Shown here piece by piece: positions 29,787 through 39,876 of a DNA stretch of 64,000 nt; within the stretch, counting starts at the first letter, position 1, and each line of letters starts with the position of its first letter. The position numbers and the translations under genes are program-made. The notes under the pieces were generated by a model. The model had not been told where the DNA came from and did not search any database. It saw nothing but the letters and a program-made list of their open reading frames with translations. The DNA lies in the IMG/VR virus record IMGVR_UViG_3300045988_144476. One strand, given 5' to 3'. Source of the DNA: a virus.

Positions 29787-30320
29787 CTACCTATTAAATA
29801 GTCTATACTGTTTAAATACTGAATAAGCAGCAGTATTTTTCATATTATCAAATTCTTCGCTTCCCCAAAATGCTGCAATATCACTTTCAATAAGAGGAGC
29901 AGGTGCAGCAGAACGAGCGGCCGGCCTCCCCCACATAACATATGCCGGAACCGGCATACGATATGTAGGTATACCATTATAATATCCTCCACCATGATAA
30001 CCATCCATAATTGTTAATTTATAAATATAATCACCATCTACACTATCAACTCTATGAGTTTTTTGAACCATATCAGAAGTCGAATTCCAAATTACAGACT
30101 TTGCTGTATAACTAACTTTATATGCATTATGTAATGAACCGGTACGTCTGTAATATTCAGGAGAATATGCTTCATAAAATTCATTGATTCGCTTGTTAAA
30201 TATATTTTCTATTTTTTTAGCAATTTTAGGTGCAATTATTTTTGCTATTTTTTGAGGAATCACAGTATCTTTATCTCTGACAAATTCATTTAAAATTTTA
30301 TCGAATTCTCCTGGAGACAT
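29787..30320 (-). CDS. hypothetical tail-module protein (177 aa)
   Basis: The track ORF starts at a GTG. The ATG at 30320 is preceded by AAGGAAGGTG at good spacing. Confidence 0.7.
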   Translation of the reverse strand: MSPGEFDKILNEFVRDKDTVIPQKIAKIIAPKIAKKIENIFNKRINEFYEAYSPEYYRRTGSLHNAYKVSYTAKSVIWNSTSDMVQKTHRVDSVDGDYIYKLTIMDGYHGGGYYNGIPTYRMPVPAYVMWGRPAARSAAPAPLIESDIAAFWGSEEFDNMKNTAAYSVFKQYRLFNR

Positions 30321-30345
30321 ATTACACACCTTCCTTTTACTATTT

Positions 30346-30924
30346 TTAAATCTCTTTAAAAGTCATTTCTTTTGTATCTTCTTCGGATTCTTCGCCTTTT
30401 ACCTGGCTTACTAATTCCTGTAATCCTTCACTTACAAACAATCCAAGAGTAGTGGCTGCAGCATCGACATATTTCTTCACATAAGCATCAGCTGTCTTAT
30501 TTTCTTCCATATAATTATTCATAATCAATCCATTAATGCTTAATAATTCATCAAGTTCATCTTGACCAATAGTTTCCCAAATCATATTCATAATATTTCT
30601 CTGACGAAGCATGTCATAATCATCAAAAGCAGTAGTTTCACTGTCGTCAGTTTTGGATACTTTAATATTCGTATACAATATGAGAGTAGTAGTAACCATA
30701 TTTACTTTTGATAAGAAATAATCCATATGGGATACACCATTTGGTCCAGTAACGATTATTTTGTCAAACATTGTCTGCAAGATTACTTTCTTTTCAAGTA
30801 CAGGACAATATTTTCTTGTAATAATACTTTCAAGCATTTTTTGTTTTGCCTCATCGTTTTTGGCCATATCAAATCTACGACAGAATTCTTTTACATCAAT
30901 TTTTCTTTCTACGTTTTCATTCAT
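30346..30924 (-). CDS. putative tail assembly chaperone (192 aa)
   Basis: Lies just upstream of the tape measure and has an acidic C-terminus. No frameshift partner was seen. Confidence 0.4.
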   Translation of the reverse strand: MNENVERKIDVKEFCRRFDMAKNDEAKQKMLESIITRKYCPVLEKKVILQTMFDKIIVTGPNGVSHMDYFLSKVNMVTTTLILYTNIKVSKTDDSETTAFDDYDMLRQRNIMNMIWETIGQDELDELLSINGLIMNNYMEENKTADAYVKKYVDAAATTLGLFVSEGLQELVSQVKGEESEEDTKEMTFKEI

Positions 30925-30936
30925 AACAAAATCCCT

Positions 30937-31503
30937 CTATTCCTTATATTTACAACAAACCATATCTTTAATCTCTTCCTGAACTCTACCTTCTTTTGCC
31001 TTGCGTAGAAGAGAGCAGTTACGTTTATATCTCTTACATGATTTGCATTTATTCTCAAATTCATCTAAATCTTCCTGGCTGTCAAAAATACCAATAAAGT
31101 CTGTTTTATAAATCGTATATTCAATTCTAGGATTCTCAGAATCATATAAAACTTTTACAACACGTTCGCAGGCCATATTATCATCAACCCATACAATCCC
31201 GGAATCTGTAATAGCATCAAAAGCTACCTTCCAATAATTGTTTGTGTCCATATCAATTCTAGGAAAATAAAAAACAGCATCTACATAGTAGTGCTGCATC
31301 GGATCTGGATCAGTTATCCAGCCTTGTTCGGTTGCTTGTTTTTTTACATAATCAATAAAATCTTTTTGAAACTTCTTTGCTTCAGCTGTCTTATAGCTCA
31401 TTGCCATAGCACGACCATTCTTAGTAACAGTTTGATATGCCAGATAATGATTGACTGAAACAAAGTCTTTGACGGTTAATTTCAGTGTTTGAGTATTATG
31501 CAT
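30937..31503 (-). CDS. rusA: RusA-family Holliday junction resolvase
   Basis: Motif RIDMDTNNYWKVAFDAITDSGIVWVDDN matches the RusA catalytic Asp cluster. The C-terminal tail is Cys/Lys-rich. Confidence 0.75.
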   Translation of the reverse strand: MHNTQTLKLTVKDFVSVNHYLAYQTVTKNGRAMAMSYKTAEAKKFQKDFIDYVKKQATEQGWITDPDPMQHYYVDAVFYFPRIDMDTNNYWKVAFDAITDSGIVWVDDNMACERVVKVLYDSENPRIEYTIYKTDFIGIFDSQEDLDEFENKCKSCKRYKRNCSLLRKAKEGRVQEEIKDMVCCKYKE

Positions 31504-31867
31504 AAAAATTACCTATTAATTTAAACTGTATAGTACCACAATCTAAATCTGAAAAATGCATTTTAAAATCATCTATCAAAGCATTAGCATTATATTCATA
31601 CATTAAATTATCAAAACTTTCTGTAATATCTTTAGTCCAAACACCTTTAAAAATAAAAGTTATTTTTTTAACTGTATTTCGCATTTCGTATTCTTTTTTA
31701 ATAAGAGGATAAAATACATCACTTTTAATAGTAATATAACAAGTTTCAATTCTATTTAAATTGACATCGCAATCACGAATATTTCTTAATATACACACTT
31801 CATTGTCTTCAAATTCAATATGTATTTCTTTGACTTTTTCTACATAATAAGATTCATTTTGTTCCAT
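31496..31867 (-). CDS. hypothetical protein (123 aa)
   Basis: ATG start, with an 8-nt overlap onto rusA. Confidence 0.65.
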   Translation of the reverse strand: MEQNESYYVEKVKEIHIEFEDNEVCILRNIRDCDVNLNRIETCYITIKSDVFYPLIKKEYEMRNTVKKITFIFKGVWTKDITESFDNLMYEYNANALIDDFKMHFSDLDCGTIQFKLIGNFYA

Positions 31868-31923
31868 ACGTGTTTTTCTTTCTCCATTTATTCCATTCTA
31901 TTCAAATTTATAACCGTTAATAT

Positions 31924-32190
31924 CTATAGTACTTTTACTAATTCATAACTGATTACCAATGGAATAATTACCAATTCAGATCTAGTATCTCCAGTATCAT
32001 GAATATAGTTATCTAGCAACATTCTAGCTATTTTACTTGAATGAGCTTTTGTAGCATCAGTTATATCTGTAGTAAACGAATATTCAATTTTTTGTAATTT
32101 CTTTTTTAAATACATAGGTTTGCCAGAAACAGCAGTACCTAGTACATATCTTAATTCTTGTTTTTCTAATATTTTTTCAATGTTATCCAT
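31924..32190 (-). CDS. hypothetical protein (88 aa)
   Basis: ATG start, 3-nt gap to the upstream gene. Confidence 0.6.
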   Translation of the reverse strand: MDNIEKILEKQELRYVLGTAVSGKPMYLKKKLQKIEYSFTTDITDATKAHSSKIARMLLDNYIHDTGDTRSELVIIPLVISYELVKVL

Positions 32191-32193
32191 AAT

Positions 32194-32430
32194 TCACTCC
32201 AATGTATGATCAAGCCATTTTTGATAAAGGTTTTGAGTTTCTTCTTTAAGAAATATATAAACGGTAATATCTTTACCGTCTTTATCAACACTTGGATAAA
32301 TGTCTACTGGATAAACGTTATGTTTTATATATAAATCCCTCTGTTTAGGATTTACAATTCGAATTACTTCGTCAGCTATATAAGGCCGATATCTTAAATT
32401 CGGCTGTATAATATTATCTTTTTTATTCAT
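32194..32430 (-). CDS. hypothetical protein (78 aa, start revised)
   Basis: The track start at 32502 would run through the strong terminator at 32457-32485. The ATG at 32430 has a GGAGAA RBS. Confidence 0.6.
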   Translation of the reverse strand: MNKKDNIIQPNLRYRPYIADEVIRIVNPKQRDLYIKHNVYPVDIYPSVDKDGKDITVYIFLKEETQNLYQKWLDHTLE

Positions 32431-32450
32431 ATTCCCTGTTCTCCAAGGTG

Positions 32451-32485
32451 AAAAAAGGGTATAACTCGAACGGTGAGTTATACCC
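32451..32485 (-). terminator. strong rho-independent terminator
   Basis: 11-bp stem GGGTATAACTC/GAGTTATACCC followed by TTTTTT on the minus strand. Confidence 0.75.
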
Positions 32486-32518
32486 TTATAAAAAATCACC
32501 ATTCAAAATTCAAATTAA

Positions 32519-32989
32519 TTACTTCTTTTTTGTATACTTCATACGTTTAGGCTGCTTAACAGCAGTGTCACCCATAACCGGATGGTTAATAAAAGATTCA
32601 TTTCGTGAAGACTTAATATCATCAGTATCAATTACCGGTGTTTCAACAATAGGATCAATTACTTCTTCAACTTTTTCTGTTGCCTGATGTTTAATTTCTT
32701 TAACAACAGATTTTTTAGTAACAGTTTCTTCCATAATACTATTTATACAGTTTAAAGTACTTTCTTTAAATGAATGCTTATTAGACAAATCACATTTTGA
32801 TAAAATATCTCTAGCCTTATCCTTTGTAATTTGCTTCATATTATAAGCAGATAAAGTATCAAATATATCTTTGCAATTTCTGCTACAGTAACAGATCATC
32901 CAATATGGAAGATGATCAAATTCAGCACAATTATTGCAATATGTATATTTAGTTCCACATAGTATACAAGTTTTATTATTTTCTACCAT
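32519..32989 (-). CDS. Cys-rich (zinc-binding-like) protein (156 aa)
   Basis: N-terminal CILCG..CNNC..CYCSRNC cluster. Confidence 0.65.
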   Translation of the reverse strand: MVENNKTCILCGTKYTYCNNCAEFDHLPYWMICYCSRNCKDIFDTLSAYNMKQITKDKARDILSKCDLSNKHSFKESTLNCINSIMEETVTKKSVVKEIKHQATEKVEEVIDPIVETPVIDTDDIKSSRNESFINHPVMGDTAVKQPKRMKYTKKK

Positions 32990-33068
32990 ATTTTTATACC
33001 GCCTCCTTAACTAAATTGGTATTTATATAGAATGGTATATAATATATTAATCCTGAATAAAAATGATA

Positions 33069-33094
33069 GAAGTGAGGTCAGGAAACCTCACTTC
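33069..33094 (-). terminator. rho-independent terminator (second of a tandem pair after the major tail gene)
   Basis: GAAGTGAGG/CCTCACTTC 9-bp stem followed by a TATCATTTTTATT tail on the minus strand. Confidence 0.65.
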
Positions 33095-33134
33095 TCAATC
33101 TGGGTCATGAGTCCAAATCTATCTATCATAAAAA

Positions 33135-33162
33135 GCTTTATAAGCTATGACACTTATAAAGC
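33135..33162 (-). terminator. rho-independent terminator (first after the major tail gene)
   Basis: GCTTTATAAG/CTTATAAAGC 10-bp stem followed by TTTTTAT on the minus strand. Confidence 0.55.
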
Positions 33163-33184
33163 CTGAAAAATTATAATTTAAGAA

Positions 33185-34006
33185 TTATTCTTCTTCTTCG
33201 TCATCCTCTGCATAGTAAATTTCATACAGTGCTTTTTCAGCAGAACAATAATTCATCTGGAGCACCCCGTTATATGGTAACTGACCATCAGTTGTCAGAG
33301 AAATCTCTAACTCAGGAGATACCTGGAATGATGGAATTACAATATAAGCTGCACGAAGTGTATCAACAGAACATGGATCTACAACAAGAGCTTTAAGAGT
33401 AAGTCTAACTGTAGATGGGAACTTATCACCTTTGTTGATAATTCTTGCACCTTTATCTTTTTCAATTTTTCTTTCATATTTAATAATGAATGTACCGCCT
33501 GCTACTTTTGGAAGTTTGATTTTTCCATTAGAATATACATATTCTGTTTCACTTGCATCAGTACCATCACCTTTTGTATAAGCCTTGCCGGATGTTCCAT
33601 TGTTAGAGAAATCGTTTACTCTAATAGATTCTGCAACAATATTTGCTGCCTTCTCAGCTGTACAAAGCTCAATCTCTGCTGTACCTTCTTTATTCTGATG
33701 AACAGTAACAATTTTTGGCATTGTAAGCTCGCCATCAGCACTTGTAACAGAACCTTCGCCTGCAGCAGCTGCTGCAATATTAAGGTTGATCATAGCATTA
33801 TTAGCTGTAAGTTCTCCGGATTTTGCTTTCCAGAAACGTTTAATAAGAGTACCCTGATTGTCAACAGCGTCTGTAGAATCAGCAGTAATATTGATAGATA
33901 CATCCTGAAGCTGTGTTAATGTATAGAGAAGGTTTTCGCCTTTAACATCTTCAGTGTAACCATACTGTACTCTATCAACAATAATGTCACCTAAATTAAA
34001 TCCCAT
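33185..34006 (-). CDS. major tail protein (273 aa)
   Basis: Very strong RBS AAAGGAGGAAAA and tandem terminators downstream. Beta-rich Gly/Thr/Val composition with an acidic tail. Lies between the connector genes and the tape measure. Confidence 0.6.
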   Translation of the reverse strand: MGFNLGDIIVDRVQYGYTEDVKGENLLYTLTQLQDVSINITADSTDAVDNQGTLIKRFWKAKSGELTANNAMINLNIAAAAAGEGSVTSADGELTMPKIVTVHQNKEGTAEIELCTAEKAANIVAESIRVNDFSNNGTSGKAYTKGDGTDASETEYVYSNGKIKLPKVAGGTFIIKYERKIEKDKGARIINKGDKFPSTVRLTLKALVVDPCSVDTLRAAYIVIPSFQVSPELEISLTTDGQLPYNGVLQMNYCSAEKALYEIYYAEDDEEEE

Positions 34007-34075
34007 TATGTTTTCCTCCTTTAGAATTTTTAGAATTGTGTTTTAGATTTGTTCTTATAGAAATGTATAAAAAGA

Positions 34076-34849
34076 CTATTTTTTCTGAGAGAGATCTCTC
34101 ATGAAATTCAAGTCATCTTTATTAATTTTTGAAGCGTCAATAAATCCGCTGTAGATACCCTTTAATAAAGCCGTAGAAGATTCATAAATTTGGAGTCTTT
34201 GAACACTGTCCATAAATTCAACAATGCCAACCTCTTTTAATTCATTTTTCTTGTATTTAAAACCGGGATGATTCAGACATGAAGAAATGAGTGGAAGAAG
34301 AGTAGACTTATAAGTATCATTTTTATGAAGATCATAATTTTGTTGATCTTCCCAAATCAAAGCTTCTTTAGTAGCTTTACCTCGGGCTTTCTCAGTTTTG
34401 GGGAATATATTGAACATAGTTTTAAGATATAATGCCAGGATTTGATAAGTAGATTCATCAATTAGATAGTCCTGGTCATCATTATATAAATAGAAGAAAG
34501 GTTTATTTTCTTCATCAGTATTTTGATATAATTTAAATAATTGAAAATCCAAATCACCGAATAGTAATTTGGTTGAGTCCTGATCAAGACTCGTAGATAA
34601 CATACAGAATAAATCAAAATCAGAAAGTTTATTCCAATCAATACCCATTTTCCATAACTGCAATCTATACATAGTAGGATTAGCAACTAAGGTATTTACT
34701 GCAGAATATACTTTCTTTTCACCTTCATGAATAATATCACCTATAGTTGGTTGAAAAATAACTATATCGTTTGCAGGTTCAGAAGGAATACTAAAAGGTT
34801 CTCCAAAATATAATTGAAGAGCATCAACCTCAAATTCTGAAGTTGTCAT
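34076..34849 (-). CDS. hypothetical head-tail joining / tail module protein (start revised)
   Basis: The ATG at 34849 has a GGAAGGAA RBS. The track start at 34870 has none. Confidence 0.65.
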   Translation of the reverse strand: MTTSEFEVDALQLYFGEPFSIPSEPANDIVIFQPTIGDIIHEGEKKVYSAVNTLVANPTMYRLQLWKMGIDWNKLSDFDLFCMLSTSLDQDSTKLLFGDLDFQLFKLYQNTDEENKPFFYLYNDDQDYLIDESTYQILALYLKTMFNIFPKTEKARGKATKEALIWEDQQNYDLHKNDTYKSTLLPLISSCLNHPGFKYKKNELKEVGIVEFMDSVQRLQIYESSTALLKGIYSGFIDASKINKDDLNFMRDLSQKK

Positions 34850-35438
34850 ACCTATTGTTCCTTCCAGCATAAATATTATTTGGACATTCGATCTTAAATT
34901 TTAGAGTTCTACAATAATATCGTGTATCAACAATATCACCATAATCAGCAATACATTTAAGCTGTTTACCAAATGCATTGGTCCAACATAATAGATCCTT
35001 AACAATATAACTTAATAAATCAGCTCTCATAATTCCATATTCTGTTTCAACATCATCTTCATGGACTAAGCACATAACTTCTACAATCTGATTTTTAATA
35101 GATTCATTAGTATCAGATACATTATAATCATTAATGTCGTACATAATAAAATTAAGGACTTCTTTATTGATACCATTCAATTTTAACATTGGAATGATTT
35201 GTTTCTTGTCAATTCTTTTATTATATTCTAAAATTAGATTTCGTTCCTCTAATTCCTGAGTAGTAGGATGTTCTTTATCTGCAAATTTATTTAAAGGCCG
35301 CTTATCCTTTTTGCCTAAAATTTCATTCAGGTCAGGATCCGCCTCAAATATCTCTTGAAGCTTATTTTTTTTATAAATAATATCATTATTTTTTTTATCT
35401 TCAAGATCTCTTTTAATATTAGAAATATCTCTAATCAT
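34830..35438 (-). CDS. hypothetical head-tail module protein (start revised, 202 aa)
   Basis: The ATG at 35438 is preceded by GGAGGTGG and overlaps the upstream stop (ATGATTAG). Confidence 0.65.
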   Translation of the reverse strand: MIRDISNIKRDLEDKKNNDIIYKKNKLQEIFEADPDLNEILGKKDKRPLNKFADKEHPTTQELEERNLILEYNKRIDKKQIIPMLKLNGINKEVLNFIMYDINDYNVSDTNESIKNQIVEVMCLVHEDDVETEYGIMRADLLSYIVKDLLCWTNAFGKQLKCIADYGDIVDTRYYCRTLKFKIECPNNIYAGRNNRYDNFRI

Positions 35439-36636
35439 CGTCAACCACCTCCAGTATAATAGATGACATGTTGTCACCGTTATTGTCAGTGGCAGTAAGA
35501 GTAAATCGTTTACCAATTAAACTCTTAGCTTTTCCAGGTTTAATAGATATAGAAACATTATCCAATACAGTAATTTTCATTAACCCATTATAATAGGAAG
35601 TTTCTCTTTCAGTATACTCATTATTTTTATCAATTATATGCAAATTCCATTCTGATTTCATATCAGAATAAGGAAGGGTATATTCAAAATATGAGTTCTT
35701 TCCTATATATAATGCTTGTCGTGATTTATCAATTAAAGGTTCTAATTCACCATCATCATTCAATGTCATCCATTGAATATGAGAATCAGTTTTCATCATT
35801 TGTGGATGTTGAGTTGTTTCTGTTTTTTGATCTCCGGAATCAGTGTAATAATCACAAATACGAAGTTGTACATTATCTGTTTTATTATTTAATTCATCCT
35901 GTTTGATGGATAATTTAATAATTCCAGATGGATTCAAATCAATAACTTTTGTTACCTGATATACCTTTGGGTCCAAAATATTATTTGTGAGCATAAAACG
36001 CTGTTCATGCATAATAGTCCTGGTATCACCAAGATTAAGAGTATACATATCATTTCCGTATGCATAATATAAATCTGGCACCCAAGCAGCTGTCAGGTTA
36101 TCAAGACTGGATGAAATTTCGTCAGTCCATTTACCACTTGTATATGAGTTAGCTGATCTATTCGCACCCCAACAGGAGTACAGTTCATTTTTATAAATCC
36201 ATTGAAATTTCCAATTACATTTTAAAATATTATATCTAACATAAGCAGCAGCGTCATCTCTAGCAACAATAAACCATAACTGTGTTATACGTTCATCTGG
36301 AAGAGAGAATGGATCATCAAGTTCGTGCCCGGATATATTAATATCAAAGTCAGTATCATCAGGAACAAATACATAACTTCCTATTGGATAATGAACTTTA
36401 GGCCGAAATTGTAGATAATAATCCACTGCGTCTTTAAGAATGGATAGTTTGGCATGTCTCGAATAATGAGCATCTTCCCATTTCCATCCATCACGAGTTA
36501 ATATATAAACTCTTTTATATTGAGCATCAGCAGTAAAAGTAGAATTAATCACTCGATCAGATTGAGTTCTTTTAATTTGTGATAAATTACTGCCTTGTGC
36601 CAATAAGTGATTTTTGTACATCTCAGCAGTAACCAT
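35431..36636 (-). CDS. hypothetical structural protein (401 aa)
   Basis: Large ORF in the connector region, with no recognisable motif. Confidence 0.7.
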   Translation of the reverse strand: MVTAEMYKNHLLAQGSNLSQIKRTQSDRVINSTFTADAQYKRVYILTRDGWKWEDAHYSRHAKLSILKDAVDYYLQFRPKVHYPIGSYVFVPDDTDFDINISGHELDDPFSLPDERITQLWFIVARDDAAAYVRYNILKCNWKFQWIYKNELYSCWGANRSANSYTSGKWTDEISSSLDNLTAAWVPDLYYAYGNDMYTLNLGDTRTIMHEQRFMLTNNILDPKVYQVTKVIDLNPSGIIKLSIKQDELNNKTDNVQLRICDYYTDSGDQKTETTQHPQMMKTDSHIQWMTLNDDGELEPLIDKSRQALYIGKNSYFEYTLPYSDMKSEWNLHIIDKNNEYTERETSYYNGLMKITVLDNVSISIKPGKAKSLIGKRFTLTATDNNGDNMSSIILEVVDDD

Positions 36637-36640
36637 AAAA

Positions 36641-36979
36641 TCAACCCCTATCAGTATTAATTTTATCTACTTCGTGATGAGCATCTAATATCAATTTTCT
36701 GTAAGATTGATAATCAAAATCATTTCCATTTCTGGATTCATCCCATGCTGCCTGTAACAAACTCATAATAGTAATAATCTCTACAGGATAGGAGAGTATT
36801 TCATTTAATCCATCAATCCGCAACATCAAATTAATAAAATATTTGTCAAAATCAACATTTTTAAATTTATCTTTTGTTTCCGGATCCTTATATAAAAGTA
36901 ACCAGAACATATCTTTGTGCAATTTCTTTTTATAGTATTCAAACTGTTGATCATCAAAATGTCCGTATATCGTATCCAT
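36641..36979 (-). CDS. hypothetical head-tail connector protein (112 aa)
   Basis: Assigned from position and tight packing. Confidence 0.6.
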   Translation of the reverse strand: MDTIYGHFDDQQFEYYKKKLHKDMFWLLLYKDPETKDKFKNVDFDKYFINLMLRIDGLNEILSYPVEIITIMSLLQAAWDESRNGNDFDYQSYRKLILDAHHEVDKINTDRG

Positions 36980-37443
36980 TATGATTCACCGTCCAAATAA
37001 CTATTCCATATATAACCTCTGTCTCTGATAATGTTTCTTTGCTCTCTAATAAGACTATCTTTTAAGCTCATAAGAGTATTTAAGTGAGCGGCCTGTGAGT
37101 AATATTTTTCCTCAGAAGAACCATATACCTGAACAATATTATTTAAATTATTGATTTTAGGAGTAATCCATTCAATAACTAAACCAATACCAACTACATC
37201 AGTAATTAATTCTTTGTCAAAATCATCATTTACTGAATATTTCATAGTAAAATCAAATTGCTGAATTTCATCATGAAATTTTGTATTGGTAAATAATCTG
37301 TAAATATAGGGCTTATGAATTGCAGAATGCATCCAATCACACAAAAATGCATTTACATCATCATCTCTGAAATCTAATAAATCATAAGCAGAGGCTTTTA
37401 AACGAAACTTAGAATAAATCTCTTCATAATCTAGTGAAGGCAT
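36979..37443 (-). CDS. hypothetical head-tail connector protein (154 aa)
   Basis: Assigned from position. 1-nt overlap with the next gene. Confidence 0.6.
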   Translation of the reverse strand: MPSLDYEEIYSKFRLKASAYDLLDFRDDDVNAFLCDWMHSAIHKPYIYRLFTNTKFHDEIQQFDFTMKYSVNDDFDKELITDVVGIGLVIEWITPKINNLNNIVQVYGSSEEKYYSQAAHLNTLMSLKDSLIREQRNIIRDRGYIWNSYLDGES

Positions 37444-37461
37444 AAAACACCTCCAAACTAA

Positions 37462-38034
37462 TTAGTTGAATAATCCAGTCATAACAGTCATATCTGTATC
37501 AAAGATTTCGTCAAGAATTTTAATTTTCTTTACACTGTCAAGTCGTCCATCACTAACCATTTTTGATGCAAGATGACTAATAGAAGTTTGTGCACCTTCT
37601 GGAAGTGAGAGAATAGTAGCTTTCATACTTGTAGGATCAAGATCAAGAATAACATCTTCAAGTTCCCCTACAGAGTATAGAGAATCATAAAGTTTCTTAA
37701 TCTGAGGATAATGTTCAATAACACCTGAATCTTCGATAACAAAAAGAGGACGCATTACATATCCGTTATTTGAACGAATAGCTGCCATTAAATCCTGGTA
37801 TTCAACTTCTACAACATCACCGGAATCAACCCATGTGTATAGAATATTTGATTTAAGACCTGGCATATAAAGTCCTCCCTGTGTAATTGATTTACATGGG
37901 ATTCCATCATTTGCTCCATAAGTTTTAGTAACTTTCTTTTCTTCTTTAACTTCAACAGTTCCTTTTTCTTCAACAGCAGATTCTGTTTTAACTGGTTCTA
38001 TCTTTGTATTTTTAGTTTTCATAGCAGTAGCCAT
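37462..38034 (-). CDS. hypothetical head-associated protein (190 aa, start revised)
   Basis: The track start at 38055 is a TTG inside the upstream hairpin. The ATG at 38034 follows AAAAGGAGAAATACA. Confidence 0.65.
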   Translation of the reverse strand: MATAMKTKNTKIEPVKTESAVEEKGTVEVKEEKKVTKTYGANDGIPCKSITQGGLYMPGLKSNILYTWVDSGDVVEVEYQDLMAAIRSNNGYVMRPLFVIEDSGVIEHYPQIKKLYDSLYSVGELEDVILDLDPTSMKATILSLPEGAQTSISHLASKMVSDGRLDSVKKIKILDEIFDTDMTVMTGLFN

Positions 38035-38055
38035 TGTATTTCTCCTTTTATTCAA

Positions 38056-38085
38056 AAGCAGTATGCCAATTAAGACATACTGCTT
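38056..38085 (-). terminator. rho-independent terminator after the capsid gene
   Basis: GCAGTATG/CATACTGC stem (extendable to 10 bp) followed by TTTTGAAT on the minus strand. Confidence 0.6.
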
Positions 38086-38134
38086 ATTTTATATAAGTTT
38101 ATTTAGACTAACTTAAAGCCTTAAAAAATAAGAT

Positions 38135-39271
38135 TTAAGCAAGCTCCCAGGTACCGAAGTATCTTCCGAGCTGAACACCTACACCCATGCTTCTCTGTAC
38201 TTCGTATTTCATTGTATCATCCATACGTGCACCAATTTCATTCACTTCATAGATTTCAGTTTCACCTACATCTACAAATTTAATGAATTTATCTTCAACC
38301 TGTGGCATAATGAACAGTTTCTTAGGATCAAGAAGTTTCTTAGTTGTATCATTCAGGGCAAATCTCTGTGGAAGTTCAAACAGAGTATATGGACCATAAT
38401 ATCCAAGTCTACCTGTAGTAGCAACATCTCTCTTCTGATCGTCAGAAATCCAATTAACATCAATCAGTTTCTGGAACTGAGCAAGACCAGTTCTTGTACC
38501 CATAATTACAACCTGAGCACCATCGTTAGCCATAGATACATCTTCAAGCAGATCATCAAGTTTTTCTTTTGTTTCGGCAGAAAGAGCACCTGTTCCCTGG
38601 AACTGAGCTGGAAGTTTCTTTCCGGCATTCATCATTTCAGCATAGATATCATTCTGAATTTTTCTTACGAAAGCAGCAGCGCACTGGTCTGTAAGTTTAG
38701 CCCAATCATATCTTCCTGCAAGATACATATCAATATCTGCACCAACAGCAATACCATATACAGATGTTGTTACTGTGTAGCTTTCTCCAGAACCAAGTCT
38801 CTGAAGGGTGAAATCATGATGGTCACCAGCTATTTTAGCAACTGACAGAATAACTTTATCGTCTGTCCAGAATTCCTGACGATCTCCACGAGCAAGATTT
38901 CTTGTTTCCACATAGTTATTAAAAAACTCTGATTCTTTAAAACCGGTTTCAACTTTAATATCGATTTCATCTTCCATAACTTCAAACAGTTCATTATGAT
39001 GTTTCTTCATTGCACGATTTCTATCACGTTTAGAAGAATTTTCATTCAGTCCCATAATTGCAAATACAAATTTACGAACTGCACTTTCAGCATCTTTCTT
39101 AGAGATTCTATTCCCTTCCTCGTCAAAAATTTCATTAGGATTATGATTTAACTCATATGTAAGTCTTTTAAATCCTTCATAATTTTCTTCCGGTGTAACA
39201 CCATCTTCGCACAGATTTGCGAATACTTCTTTTGTATAATTACTTAAGTCATTAAAATAAATTTTTCTCAT
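38135..39271 (-). CDS. major capsid protein (378 aa)
   Basis: Strong RBS AAGGAAGGGGTG and a terminator downstream. Size and position after the scaffold-like and small head genes fit. No motif-level proof. Confidence 0.55.
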   Translation of the reverse strand: MRKIYFNDLSNYTKEVFANLCEDGVTPEENYEGFKRLTYELNHNPNEIFDEEGNRISKKDAESAVRKFVFAIMGLNENSSKRDRNRAMKKHHNELFEVMEDEIDIKVETGFKESEFFNNYVETRNLARGDRQEFWTDDKVILSVAKIAGDHHDFTLQRLGSGESYTVTTSVYGIAVGADIDMYLAGRYDWAKLTDQCAAAFVRKIQNDIYAEMMNAGKKLPAQFQGTGALSAETKEKLDDLLEDVSMANDGAQVVIMGTRTGLAQFQKLIDVNWISDDQKRDVATTGRLGYYGPYTLFELPQRFALNDTTKKLLDPKKLFIMPQVEDKFIKFVDVGETEIYEVNEIGARMDDTMKYEVQRSMGVGVQLGRYFGTWELA

Positions 39272-39289
39272 TATCTATTCACCCCTTCC

Positions 39290-39766
39290 TTACGCTGTTT
39301 CAACTTTCAGCTTTTTAGAAACGCTGTCGTAAGTTACTTTCTTACCTACGGCAAGTTCTTCACCTGTAAATCCTTCTGCGGATAATTCGAAAACATCATG
39401 TTTTGCAAGTTCATATCCTCTAACAACATCACCTTTTGCATTATAGAAGTTGGATTCTTTCTTAAATCTGTTTGTCCAATCTTCAGCAATGAATGCCTGC
39501 ATATAAACAAGAAGTGCATCGCCTGGATCAACAACCTCTACATACCAATGTCCATTGGCAGCCTGTTTCTGAATTTTACCTTCGAATGTAGTTGGAGCAG
39601 CTTCTGTATATCTGTCAAGGTCTTCAAATTCGCCTGCAGCTACGAGTGTTCCGTTATCTGTATCATTTTTTAATGTGATATTTAAAATATGTTTTCCACC
39701 ATTCTGTGCAAGAAGTTTAGAAGGAAAACAAATTGCGTGAGTATCTATAGAATACTTAATTGCCAT
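39290..39766 (-). CDS. putative head decoration / capsid-associated protein (158 aa)
   Basis: Lies immediately upstream of the capsid gene. RBS GAAAGGAGC. Confidence 0.4.
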   Translation of the reverse strand: MAIKYSIDTHAICFPSKLLAQNGGKHILNITLKNDTDNGTLVAAGEFEDLDRYTEAAPTTFEGKIQKQAANGHWYVEVVDPGDALLVYMQAFIAEDWTNRFKKESNFYNAKGDVVRGYELAKHDVFELSAEGFTGEELAVGKKVTYDSVSKKLKVETA

Positions 39767-39804
39767 GCTTTTTAGCTCCTTTCATATTTTTAGACATAAA
39801 AATA

Positions 39805-39823
39805 AGATCAGAATCTCTGATCT
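39805..39823 (-). terminator. terminator-like hairpin after the scaffold-like gene
   Basis: 8-bp stem AGATCAGA/TCTGATCT with a 3-nt loop, followed by TATTTTTATG on the minus strand. Confidence 0.5.
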
Positions 39824-39876
39824 CAAATAAATAAAGTTAAATATAACTAACTAGACAATATAAAAATAATTAATAT

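Noticed and set aside
29787-30924. The expected -1 frameshift pair of tail assembly chaperones upstream of the tape measure.
   Set aside because: The two ORFs are separated by 16 nt, each has its own RBS, and I saw no slippery heptamer or overlapping extension frame.
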